This document shows, piece by piece, positions 13,628-21,623 of a stretch of DNA of 64,000 nt. The translations under genes and the position numbers were made by a program. The stretch comes from Burkholderiales bacterium (GTDB taxonomy: Bacteria; Pseudomonadota; Gammaproteobacteria; Burkholderiales; SHXO01). The DNA lies in the NCBI GenBank assembly GCA_036787045.1, contig DAIQQA010000005.1, positions 14,772 to 78,771 of the forward strand. Reading direction: 5' to 3'. The notes under the pieces are model-generated. The model was not told the origin of the DNA. It did no database searches and worked only from the letters and a program-made list of their open reading frames with translations. The stretch's first letter is position 1; every line of letters starts with the position of its first letter.

Positions 13628-14714
13628 CCGCCTGTTCGCCTACCTCGGCAGGCATGTCGACGCCTATCTGCTCGCGGCCCTGGGCGCGCTGCTGCTGGTC
13701 GGGCTGATCACGCTGTACAGCGCCTCGGGGGAGAGCTTCGCCCGGGTCGGGGCTCAGCTCGCCAACATCGCAGTGGCCTTCGCGATCATGTGGATCGCCG
13801 CCAACATCCCGCCCCACTATCTGCTGCGTCTTGCGCTGCCGGTATATCTCGTGGGGTTGATCCTGCTCGTCGCCGTTGCGTTGTTCGGGGAAGTGGTGAA
13901 CGGGGCGCGGCGCTGGCTGCACATCGGTGTGACGCGAATCCAACCGTCCGAGCTGATGAAGATCGCGGTTCCCCTGGCGCTGGCATGGTACTTCGACCGT
14001 TACGAGGCGATCCTCAAGCTGCGCGACTATGCGATCGCTGCGATCATGGTGCTGGTGCCGGTGCTGCTGGTGGCCAAGCAGCCCGACCTCGGCACCGCGC
14101 TGCTGATCGCCTCGGCAGGGCTGTTCGCGATCTTCCTGGCCGGTCTGAGCTGGAGAATCCTGGTCGGGTTGACCGTGGTCGCGCTCGCATCATTGCCCCT
14201 GCTGTGGTCACTGATGCACGACTACCAGCGCCAGCGAGTGCTCACCCTGCTGGATCCGAACCAGGATCCGCTCGGCGCCGGCTATCACACCATCCAGGCG
14301 GCCATTGCGCTGGGTTCCGGGGGTTTTTTCGGCAAGGGCTGGCTCAACGGTACCCAGGCGCACCTGGACTTCCTGCCCGAGCGCAGCACCGACTTCATCT
14401 TTGCCGTCTTCTCCGAGGAGTTCGGCCTGTTCGGCAATGTCATCCTGGTAACGCTGTTCCTGTTCGTTATCGGCCGGGGCATGTTCATCACCTACAACGC
14501 TTCGACGCTGTTCACCCGGCTGACTGCTGGCGCCATCACCCTCACTTTCTTCACCTACGTAGCGGTGAACATGGGCATGGTGAGCGGGATCCTGCCCGTG
14601 GTGGGCGTCCCGCTGCCATTGCTCAGCTATGGCGGGACTTCCCTGGTGAGCGTGCTGTTCGGAATGGGTATCCTGATGAGCATTCATACCCACAAGCGGC
14701 TGGTGAAGACGTGA
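13620..14714 (+). CDS. rodA: SEDS peptidoglycan polymerase RodA
   Basis: 364-aa polytopic ORF overlapping the mrdA stop. FtsW/RodA-type sequence (PSELMKIA, LPLLSYGGTS). Confidence 0.9.
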   Translation: MINRLFAYLGRHVDAYLLAALGALLLVGLITLYSASGESFARVGAQLANIAVAFAIMWIAANIPPHYLLRLALPVYLVGLILLVAVALFGEVVNGARRWLHIGVTRIQPSELMKIAVPLALAWYFDRYEAILKLRDYAIAAIMVLVPVLLVAKQPDLGTALLIASAGLFAIFLAGLSWRILVGLTVVALASLPLLWSLMHDYQRQRVLTLLDPNQDPLGAGYHTIQAAIALGSGGFFGKGWLNGTQAHLDFLPERSTDFIFAVFSEEFGLFGNVILVTLFLFVIGRGMFITYNASTLFTRLTAGAITLTFFTYVAVNMGMVSGILPVVGVPLPLLSYGGTSLVSVLFGMGILMSIHTHKRLVKT

Positions 14715-15631
14715 GGCGACGGCAGAGAGGCGCGAGGCGGGGGGCGCGTGGTGCTGCGCTGGTGCTGCCTTGTCTTGCTGCAACCCTGGCCCTGACCGCG
14801 TGCGGTACTGCGCCCACCCGCGAGCCAAGGGCAGAGGCGCCGCACAAACCGGGCGGGTACTACCTCGATGACGGTCCGCACGCCAACCCGCCAGCCGACC
14901 TGCGCCAGGTGCCGGACGCGCAGCCGAAGCCGGAGCCGATCCGTGTCGCCAACGCACGCCCCTATACCGCAATGGGGCGGACCTACGTACCCATGACCGA
15001 GCTTGGCGAATACCGTGCAACCGGTCTGGCGAGCTGGTATGGCAAGCGCTACCACGGCAGGCAAACGGCGTCGGGCGAGATCTACGACATGTACGCGATG
15101 ACGGCGGCGCATCCGACGCTGCCGATCCCCAGCTACGCGCGGGTCAGAAGCCTGAGCACGGAGCGTTCGGTGGTGGTGCGGATCAACGACCGTGGTCCCT
15201 TCCACTCCGACCGGTTGATCGATCTGTCCTATACCGCTGCGTACAAGCTCGGCATCCTGGCCAACGGCAGCGCGATGGTAGAAGTCCAGAGCATTCTCCC
15301 CGCTGGGGATCTGCAGCCGGTCCCGGCTCGTCGGGACGCCCCGTCCGCACTGCCCGCCGCGGCTGTGACGCCGCCTGCCTCCCCCGCACCCGAGAATGCC
15401 GCCGGTGTTTACATCCAGCTTGGCGCGTTCAGCCTGCGGGAGAAGGCTGCCACCTTGCTGACCCGGTTGCAGGTGGAGGTGGGCTGGCTCGCCCAACTCG
15501 CAGCGATCTATCCGAGTAGTGGGATGTACCGGGTCCAGGCCGGACCCTATGCCAGCCGCGAGGAGGCGCTGCAGGCGGCGGCTCGCATCGAGCAGAACCT
15601 CGATCTGAAGCCCGTCGTCATCACGCGCTAG
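14711..15631 (+). CDS. rlpA: septal ring lytic transglycosylase RlpA family lipoprotein with C-terminal SPOR domain
   Basis: In-frame GTG at 14711 within ORF 13790..15631. Lipobox-like LALTAC. DPBB core ASWYGKRYHGRQTASGEIYD. C-terminal SPOR-like repeat (YIQLGAFS...YRVQAGPY). Confidence 0.85.
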   Translation: MRRRQRGARRGARGAALVLPCLAATLALTACGTAPTREPRAEAPHKPGGYYLDDGPHANPPADLRQVPDAQPKPEPIRVANARPYTAMGRTYVPMTELGEYRATGLASWYGKRYHGRQTASGEIYDMYAMTAAHPTLPIPSYARVRSLSTERSVVVRINDRGPFHSDRLIDLSYTAAYKLGILANGSAMVEVQSILPAGDLQPVPARRDAPSALPAAAVTPPASPAPENAAGVYIQLGAFSLREKAATLLTRLQVEVGWLAQLAAIYPSSGMYRVQAGPYASREEALQAAARIEQNLDLKPVVITR

Positions 15632-15690
15632 CAGCGCGGCGCGCCGGCGCGCACGCGGTAGGAACGTCCAACCACCAACAAAGGCGAGCC

Positions 15691-16626
15691 ATGAACACCC
15701 TCATCTGCGGATCGATCGCCTACGACACCATCATGGTGTTCCGCGACCGATTCCGCAACCACATCCTGCCGGACCAGATTCACATTCTCAACGTCGCCTT
15801 TCTGGTGCCGGACATGCGCCGGGAGTTCGGCGGGTGTGCGGGCAACATCGCCTACAATCTCAAGCTGCTGGGCGGGAATCCCCTGATCATGGCGACCGTC
15901 GGGGAGGATTACCAGCCTTACGCCTACCGCCTGGAGCGCCTGAAGCTTGCCCAGACTCACATCCGCGAGGTCAAGGACACCTTTACAGCGCAAGCCTTCA
16001 TCACCACCGATCTCGACGACAACCAGATCACAGCGTTCCACCCCGGCGCGATGAACTACTCGCATCTGAATCACGTTGACGACGCGAGCGACGTGAGCCT
16101 GGGCATCGTTGCCCCTGACGGGCGGGACGGCATGCTCAAGCACGCGCGCGAGCTCGCGGAGGGGGGCATCCCGTTCATTTTCGATCCTGGGCAGGGGCTG
16201 CCCATGTTCAGCGGAGAGGAGTTGCTCGGGTTCGTAGACCAGGCCGCATACGTGGCCGTCAACGACTACGAAGGCCGCATGCTTCAGGAGCGCATCGGCC
16301 AGGACCTTGAAACGCTCGCGCGCCGGGTCAAAGCGCTCGTGGTCACCCGCGGCGCGGAAGGGTCGACGATCTATTCGTCCGGCCAGACCATCCAGATTCC
16401 GAGCGTCCCGCCAGCCAGCACGATCGATCCCACCGGCTGCGGCGACGCCTACCGGGCGGGCCTGCTTTACGGCATCGCTCAAGGTTACGACTGGCCGAGC
16501 ACCGGGCGCCTCGCCTCGCTCATGGGTTCGATCAAGATCGCCAGCCGCGGGGGCCAGAACCATCACCCGACCCGGGAGGAGATCGGCTTGCGCTATCGCG
16601 AGGCCTTCGGCACGGCGCTGTGGTGA
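15691..16626 (+). CDS. PfkB-family carbohydrate/nucleoside kinase
   Basis: 311 aa. GGCAGNIAYN and C-terminal DPTGCGDAYRAG motifs of the ribokinase/PfkB fold. Confidence 0.8.
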   Translation: MNTLICGSIAYDTIMVFRDRFRNHILPDQIHILNVAFLVPDMRREFGGCAGNIAYNLKLLGGNPLIMATVGEDYQPYAYRLERLKLAQTHIREVKDTFTAQAFITTDLDDNQITAFHPGAMNYSHLNHVDDASDVSLGIVAPDGRDGMLKHARELAEGGIPFIFDPGQGLPMFSGEELLGFVDQAAYVAVNDYEGRMLQERIGQDLETLARRVKALVVTRGAEGSTIYSSGQTIQIPSVPPASTIDPTGCGDAYRAGLLYGIAQGYDWPSTGRLASLMGSIKIASRGGQNHHPTREEIGLRYREAFGTALW

Positions 16627-16702
16627 GCAAGCGGCGTCACGAAGCTGTAATATCTCCGCAAACTCGATGGCCAGGCCGGCCGGTGCGGTCGCGGTGCGAG
16701 GC

Positions 16703-16720
16703 GGTTCGTCAAACGGTCAC
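16703..16720 (+). promoter_or_regulatory. Pho-box-like 18-mer upstream of olsB
   Basis: GGTTCGTCAAACGGTCAC is 15/18 identical to the porin Pho box at 31849-31866. Lies 68 nt upstream of the olsB ATG. No convincing -10 hexamer seen at the expected spacing. Confidence 0.4.
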
Positions 16721-16787
16721 GCGCGCGTAACCCGTCTGTCACCGGGGCGGCTTAACTTCGGTTGGTTCTCTTTCGTGGAGCGGAAGT

Positions 16788-17543
16788 ATGCTGCAGCCGG
16801 GACACGGCCAGTCTGAGAAGCAACAGAAGCTGAACGTTCATCTCGCTCGCACCCGCTCGGAGATCCGCGAAGCGCAACGCCTGCGCTACCGGGTGTTCGG
16901 CGAGGAGATGGGTGCCCACCTGCGTGGCTCGGAGGATGGCATCGACGAGGATCTGTTCGATCCGTATTGCGATCACCTGGTGGTGACGGACGCGGCAACC
17001 GGCGATGTGCTCGGCACCTACCGCATCCTGAGCGGCCTGACCGCCAAGCGGCTGGGAGGCTTCTACTCGGACCAGGAGTTCGATCTGGCCCGCCTGGCCC
17101 ATCTGCGCGAGCGCGCCGTCGAGCTCGGTCGCTCTTGCGTCCACCCGGATCATCGCAGCGGGGGCGTAATCGCTTCGCTGTGGGCAGGGCTCGCGCAGTA
17201 CATGCGCAGACACGGCTATGAGTACATCATCGGCTGCGCCAGCATGAGCATGGTGGACGGCGGCCGCTCCGCCGCGAGCGCCTATGCGCGTCTGGCCGAA
17301 AAGCACATGAGCCCGGCCGAGTATCGGGTCTTTCCGCGCTGCCCGCTGCCGCTGCACGATCTGGACCGTTCGGCCAGCCCGGTGCTTCCACCCCTGATCA
17401 AGGCCTACCTGCGGGTTGGCGCCTGGGTGTGCGGGGAGCCGTCCTGGGACCCGGACTTCAACACTGCGGATCTGCTGATGATGCTTTCGCTGTCCCGGGT
17501 GGACCAGCGCTACGCCAAGCATTTCATGAGGGATGCCGCCTGA
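16788..17543 (+). CDS. olsB: OlsB-like GNAT N-acyltransferase (lyso-ornithine lipid synthase family)
   Basis: 251 aa. EIREAQRLRYRVFGEEMGA N-terminal block typical of the OlsB/hemolysin-like GNAT family. Overlaps the following acyltransferase gene by 11 nt. Confidence 0.65.
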   Translation: MLQPGHGQSEKQQKLNVHLARTRSEIREAQRLRYRVFGEEMGAHLRGSEDGIDEDLFDPYCDHLVVTDAATGDVLGTYRILSGLTAKRLGGFYSDQEFDLARLAHLRERAVELGRSCVHPDHRSGGVIASLWAGLAQYMRRHGYEYIIGCASMSMVDGGRSAASAYARLAEKHMSPAEYRVFPRCPLPLHDLDRSASPVLPPLIKAYLRVGAWVCGEPSWDPDFNTADLLMMLSLSRVDQRYAKHFMRDAA

Positions 17544-18405
17544 CGGGCCCGAGCAGTCGACGCCTCCGCTAGCCCGCGCCTATCGGCTGATCCGTCTGCT
17601 GGTGCACCTGGTCTACGGCTGTGCCGTGGCCGGCGTCGTGTTCCCGTTCATCGACGGCCACCGGCAGCTGCGCATCATCAAGCGCTGGTCGCGCAAGGTG
17701 CTCGCCATCCTGGGGATCCGGTTGCATGTGAAAGGCCGCCCGCCCAGTGGGCGTCAGCCGACGGTGATCGTGGCGAACCACGTATCCTGGCTCGACATCT
17801 GGGTCATCCATGGCGTAAGCCCGGTGCGCTTCGTGGCCAAGTCCGATATCCGCCGGTGGCCAGTGATCGGCTGGCTGGTGGCGCGCTCCGGGACCATCTT
17901 CATCGAGCGCAGCAAGCGCCACGACACCGCCCGCACCAACCGCACGATCGTCGACACCCTGACCCGAGGGGAACGGGTGGGCATCTTTCCGGAAGGCACC
18001 ACCACCGACGGCACACACCTGCGCGCCTTTCACGCTTCGCTGTTCCAACCCGCACTCGGCGCTGGCGCGCGGGTTGCGACTGCCGGCATCCGCTATCCCC
18101 TGCGCGACGGCTCCGCCAACCTGGACGCTGCCTATGCCGGAGACCGCACGCTGGTGGAATCCCTGCGCCTGATCCTGAGCCATCGGCGCATGCGCGTGGA
18201 GCTCACCTTTGCGGGGGAAATCGAGATCTCTGGAAAAACGCGGCGCGAGATCGCGCGCGAGTGCGAGCAGCTCATTGCCCGCGCACTCCACCTGCCCGCG
18301 CCCGGCAGGAGGTTTGGAACAGCTTCCGATCCTCCAGCCGCAGCGCAGTCAGGTGCCGGCCCCACAGACAGCCCGTATCCAGAGCGAACAGGTTCGGCAC
18401 GCTGA
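17533..18405 (+). CDS. olsA: lysophospholipid/1-acyl-glycerol-3-phosphate-type O-acyltransferase (OlsA-like)
   Basis: H(X)4D motif NHVSWLD and FPEGTT block. Coupled to the olsB-like gene. The last ~45 aa are low-complexity and overlap apaH in antisense. Confidence 0.65.
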   Translation: MPPDGPEQSTPPLARAYRLIRLLVHLVYGCAVAGVVFPFIDGHRQLRIIKRWSRKVLAILGIRLHVKGRPPSGRQPTVIVANHVSWLDIWVIHGVSPVRFVAKSDIRRWPVIGWLVARSGTIFIERSKRHDTARTNRTIVDTLTRGERVGIFPEGTTTDGTHLRAFHASLFQPALGAGARVATAGIRYPLRDGSANLDAAYAGDRTLVESLRLILSHRRMRVELTFAGEIEISGKTRREIARECEQLIARALHLPAPGRRFGTASDPPAAAQSGAGPTDSPYPERTGSAR

Positions 18406-19099
18406 GCGGCCCCAGCGCCGACCAGTGGCCGAAGATGACAGGCGTGTCGCGGCTGCGTCGCCCGGCGATCTGGAACCAGGGCACATAGCCGGGGGGCAGA
18501 TTCGCGGGCCTGCCCTTGTGGCTGAACTCCATGGTGCCGTCGTTGGTACACACGCGCAGCCGCGTCATTGCGTTCACGATCACGCGCAGCCGGTCGAACC
18601 CCGCCAGGTCTTCGCTCCACTGTGCCGGGCGGTTGCCGTACATTTTCGCCAGGAAGCTGCGATAGCTCGAAGCCTGCAACGCGGCCTCGACTTCTGCGCC
18701 AAGCTCGAGGGCGTGGCTTACGCTCCAGTCCGGCAGCAGCCCGGCGTGCACCATCGCATAGCCGTCCTCGAAGTGCACCAGCGGAAGATGGCGCAGCCAG
18801 TCCAGCAGCGCCTCGCGATCGGGTGCGGCGAGGACATCATCCAGCGTGTCGTCACGCTTGAGCTTCTCCAGGCCTTCAGCGACCGCCAGGAGATGCAGAT
18901 CGTGATTGCCGAGCACCACCGTGGCGACGTCGCCGAGAGCGTGGACGAACCGGAGTGTGGCGAGCGAGTCGGGGCCGCGATTGACCAGGTCACCCACGAA
19001 CCAGAGCCGGTCGCGCTGCTCGTCGAAGCCGATCCGGTCGAGCAGGCGTTGCAGCGCGCCGAAGCAGCCTTGGACGTCGCCGATCGCGTAAGTGGCCAT
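18272..19099 (-). CDS. apaH: bis(5'-nucleosyl)-tetraphosphatase, symmetrical
   Basis: Start at ATG 19099 (MATYAIGDVQGCF). Metallophosphatase motifs GDVQGC, GDLVNRG, GNHD. Confidence 0.9.
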   Translation of the reverse strand: MATYAIGDVQGCFGALQRLLDRIGFDEQRDRLWFVGDLVNRGPDSLATLRFVHALGDVATVVLGNHDLHLLAVAEGLEKLKRDDTLDDVLAAPDREALLDWLRHLPLVHFEDGYAMVHAGLLPDWSVSHALELGAEVEAALQASSYRSFLAKMYGNRPAQWSEDLAGFDRLRVIVNAMTRLRVCTNDGTMEFSHKGRPANLPPGYVPWFQIAGRRSRDTPVIFGHWSALGPLSVPNLFALDTGCLWGRHLTALRLEDRKLFQTSCRARAGGVRGQ

Positions 19100-19133
19100 G
19101 GTGGTGGCGAGGATGCCCAGGGCAGACAATTCA

Positions 19134-19260
19134 CCGCGGAGGACGCAGAGGACGCTGAGGAAGAGCGATGGGATTCTGCGTCCGCGGCCTCAGCCATATT
19201 CAGAGGGCGGAGGCCTGGACCCGAGATTGATTTTCTCTGCGTCCTCCGCGTCCTCTGCGG
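19134..19260. repeat. inverted tandem-unit element, GCRGAGGAC type
   Basis: Arms are CCGCGGAGGACGCAGAGGACGC (19134-19155) and GCGTCCTCCGCGTCCTCTGCGG (19239-19260). The arms are 22 nt reverse complements with 2 differences. Each arm holds two 9-nt units. The 83-nt core carries extra partial units. Confidence 0.8.
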
Positions 19261-19277
19261 TTCATCTTTTCGGTTTC

Positions 19278-19310
19278 AGGGAAAAGAGAAAGGCGCGGGG
19301 CCGCCGCGCC
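19278..19310 (-). terminator. rho-independent terminator of the cytochrome c5 gene
   Basis: On the minus strand: GGCGCGG-CGGCC-CCGCGCC (7-bp GC stem) followed by TTTCTCTTTTCCC. Begins 22 nt after the stop codon. Confidence 0.7.
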
Positions 19311-19331
19311 TGCCGCTCGAGGCCTCCGCCG

Positions 19332-19877
19332 CTACTTGACCTGGGCGATCAGGTAGTCGACGGCGGCCTTGACCTCGGCATCCGACAGGCTCGGATTCCC
19401 TCCTTTTGCCGGCATCGCCCGAATACCGTTGATGGCGTGGTTGTGTAGCGTCGGCACACCCTGCGCGACCCGCGCTTTCCAGGCCGCAGCATCGCCTGCC
19501 TTGGGGGCACCGGCCAGCCCGGCGGCGTGACACATGGCGCAGGCCTGCTGATAGACCTCGTTGCCCGATCTTGCCGTGGTCGCTGGTTGCGCGGCAGGCA
19601 CGGCCGCAGCCGACTGAACGCCTGCCACACTCGGCGCGGCCGCCGCTGGGGCATCACCCAGCGTGAGCCTGGCTTCGCCTGCGGGCTTGAGGCGTGCGGC
19701 GATCGCCTCCTCGGACATCGCCAGCGACCCCGGATCCACCTTCAGCCCTCCGGTGACGATCTGAACGATCGCGATGATGAGGAAGACCGGCACGACGAAG
19801 GCGAGCACGCCGACGACCAGCAGTTGCTTCCAGTTCTTGATCGGAGACGAATGCTCCTGGATATGGATTTCTGTCAT
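19332..19877 (-). CDS. membrane-anchored c-type cytochrome (cytochrome c5 family)
   Basis: 181 aa. N-terminal TM helix, Ala/Pro linker, single heme motif CAMCH and distal Met (RAMPAKGG). Confidence 0.8.
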   Translation of the reverse strand: MTEIHIQEHSSPIKNWKQLLVVGVLAFVVPVFLIIAIVQIVTGGLKVDPGSLAMSEEAIAARLKPAGEARLTLGDAPAAAAPSVAGVQSAAAVPAAQPATTARSGNEVYQQACAMCHAAGLAGAPKAGDAAAWKARVAQGVPTLHNHAINGIRAMPAKGGNPSLSDAEVKAAVDYLIAQVK

Positions 19878-19993
19878 GCGCTGTATCCTGAGGCGGCGGG
19901 CAAAGGCGTAATTATACGGGTACGCGCGAACGCCCTGGAGGAGACCCGCGTGGACGCAGGGGCCGGTAAGCAGCTATCATTGCGGGCCACCGT

Positions 19994-20069
19994 GCGCCCG
20001 TAGCTCAGTGGATAGAGTACTGGCCTCCGAAGCCAGGGGTCGTGGGTTCGAGTCCCGCCGGGCGCGCCA
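19994..20069 (+). tRNA. tRNA-Arg (anticodon CCG)
   Basis: Hand-folded cloverleaf of 76 nt. Acceptor GCGCCCG/CGGGCGC, D arm GCTC-AGTGGATA-GAGT, anticodon arm CTGGC-CTCCGAA-GCCAG, 5-nt variable loop, T arm GTGGG-TTCGAGT-CCCGC, encoded CCA. Confidence 0.93.
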
Positions 20070-20248
20070 GTCCCTCACCCGGCGCGCAGTCCGGCGCGGC
20101 CCACGCGCGATCACGCATGCTGCCGCGCGCTGATCTGCGCTGCATCGCTCTTCTCCCCAGTGCATTTCGACCCTGTTCAGTTGCAGGGCCCGTTGGGCAC
20201 ATGGATTGCATCGTAGGCGCTTGAGCCATTCCCAGGCAGGCCTGAGTT

Positions 20249-20926
20249 ATGCGTGGCGCGTTGTCCCTGGTGCTGTTGTCGATACCGTTGTATGGTGGCG
20301 CGACGCCGATTGCCTTGACCGATGCCGAGGTTGCGCGCGGACTTAAGCAGGCACTCACCCAGGGCGCGGACCGCGCGGTATTGCAGCTCGGCCGCGAAAA
20401 CGGATTCCTGGCGAACCAGGCTGTTCGCATCCCGCTTCCACCCACCCTGACTCGTGTAGACGGTGTGCTGCGCAGGGTGCGGATGGGCACGTACTCCGAT
20501 CAGCTGATCACCGCGATGAACCGCGCCGCCGAGCAGGCCGTGCCCGAAACCCGCGCACTGCTGGTCGATGCGGTCAATCGCATGACAATCCAGGACGCCA
20601 AGAACGTCCTGAACGGACCGGAGGACGCGGCTACGCAGTACTTCCGTCGCCATACTGAGACCGCCCTTAGCGCGCGCCTGCAACCGATCATCCGGCAAGC
20701 GACACAGCGCGTGCGAGTAGCCGAGGCTTACAGCCAGTATGCGGGGCGTGCAGCGCGCTTCGGCCTGATGAAGAAGGAAGATGCGGACCTCAACGGCTAT
20801 GTCACACACAAGGCGCTGGAGGGGCTCTACCTCACGATCGCGGAGGAGGAGAAGGCGATCCGCCGCGATCCGCTGCAGCAGAGCACCAACCTGCTGCGCA
20901 GGGTGTTCGGCTCGTCGGTCCCCTAG
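20249..20926 (+). CDS. DUF4197 domain-containing exported protein
   Basis: 225 aa. Signal peptide, then LTDAEVARGLKQALTQGADRAVLQLG...IPLP block typical of DUF4197. Confidence 0.7.
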   Translation: MRGALSLVLLSIPLYGGATPIALTDAEVARGLKQALTQGADRAVLQLGRENGFLANQAVRIPLPPTLTRVDGVLRRVRMGTYSDQLITAMNRAAEQAVPETRALLVDAVNRMTIQDAKNVLNGPEDAATQYFRRHTETALSARLQPIIRQATQRVRVAEAYSQYAGRAARFGLMKKEDADLNGYVTHKALEGLYLTIAEEEKAIRRDPLQQSTNLLRRVFGSSVP

Positions 20927-21175
20927 CAGCATGTTGAAGATCGCAGGTTCGCACTCCAGTTCAGCCGCTGAACCAATGCTCGGTTACGCTGAATCAAGCA
21001 GTGTAGGCACGTGTCCGCCCCGCAGAAATCCCGCGGGCGCCCGCGCAGTCGCGGTTTCAACAGCCGCTAGCTGAAACTGCGTCACCCGACGCGCTGCTCC
21101 CCGGCGCGCGCTGCCAGGCCGCCCCGTTGTGCAAGAATCCTCCCTCGATCGATGAGGATTGATGGGAGGCGCTAG

Positions 21176-21577
21176 TTGGACGGTCCGGTTGGGCTTGGTG
21201 CGCTGTTTCTCAGCAGCTTCGTTTCCGCCACACTGCTGCCCGGAGGATCCGAGCTGCTGCTGTTCGCTCTGGTTTCCCAGAGCCCGGTGCTGCTCTGGCC
21301 AGCGTTGGTCGTGGCCACGCTCGGCAATACGCTCGGTGGCCTGAGTTCGTATCTGCTCGGGCGCCTGGTTCCGCAGCGCAAGGTCCCGGCCCGGCAGGTG
21401 GTCTGGCTGCGGCGCTTCGGCGCGCCGCTCCTGTTGCTGTCCTGGGCACCGCTGGTTGGGGACGCCCTCTGCGCTGCAGCCGGCTGGCTGCGCGTGGGTC
21501 CTGCGAAGGCCACTCTCTACCTGGCAGCCGGCAAGGGTTTGCGGTACGTGGTGGTCGGCTATGCGGCGCTAACCTGA
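21176..21577 (+). CDS. YqaA-family (SNARE-associated/DedA-like) membrane protein
   Basis: 133 aa, TTG start. LFLSSFVSATLLPGGSELLL matches the YqaA N-terminal motif. GGGAGG Shine-Dalgarno 7 nt upstream. Confidence 0.7.
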   Translation: MDGPVGLGALFLSSFVSATLLPGGSELLLFALVSQSPVLLWPALVVATLGNTLGGLSSYLLGRLVPQRKVPARQVVWLRRFGAPLLLLSWAPLVGDALCAAAGWLRVGPAKATLYLAAGKGLRYVVVGYAALT

Positions 21578-21623
21578 GCGTGCCTGCAGTGTATGATGCA
21601 GCACAGCATCGGCGGTATGCGGC

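Noticed and set aside
13790-14710. Upstream 307 codons of ORF 13790..15631, overlapping rodA in another frame
   Set aside because: Only the part from GTG 14711 has RlpA features (lipobox, DPBB, SPOR). The upstream part is Arg/Gly/Ala-rich read-through of the rodA region.
20070-20248. Genomic island or integrase site downstream of tRNA-Arg
   Set aside because: No integrase is present, and I saw no repeat of the tRNA 3' end. The next genes have the same composition as the rest of the window.
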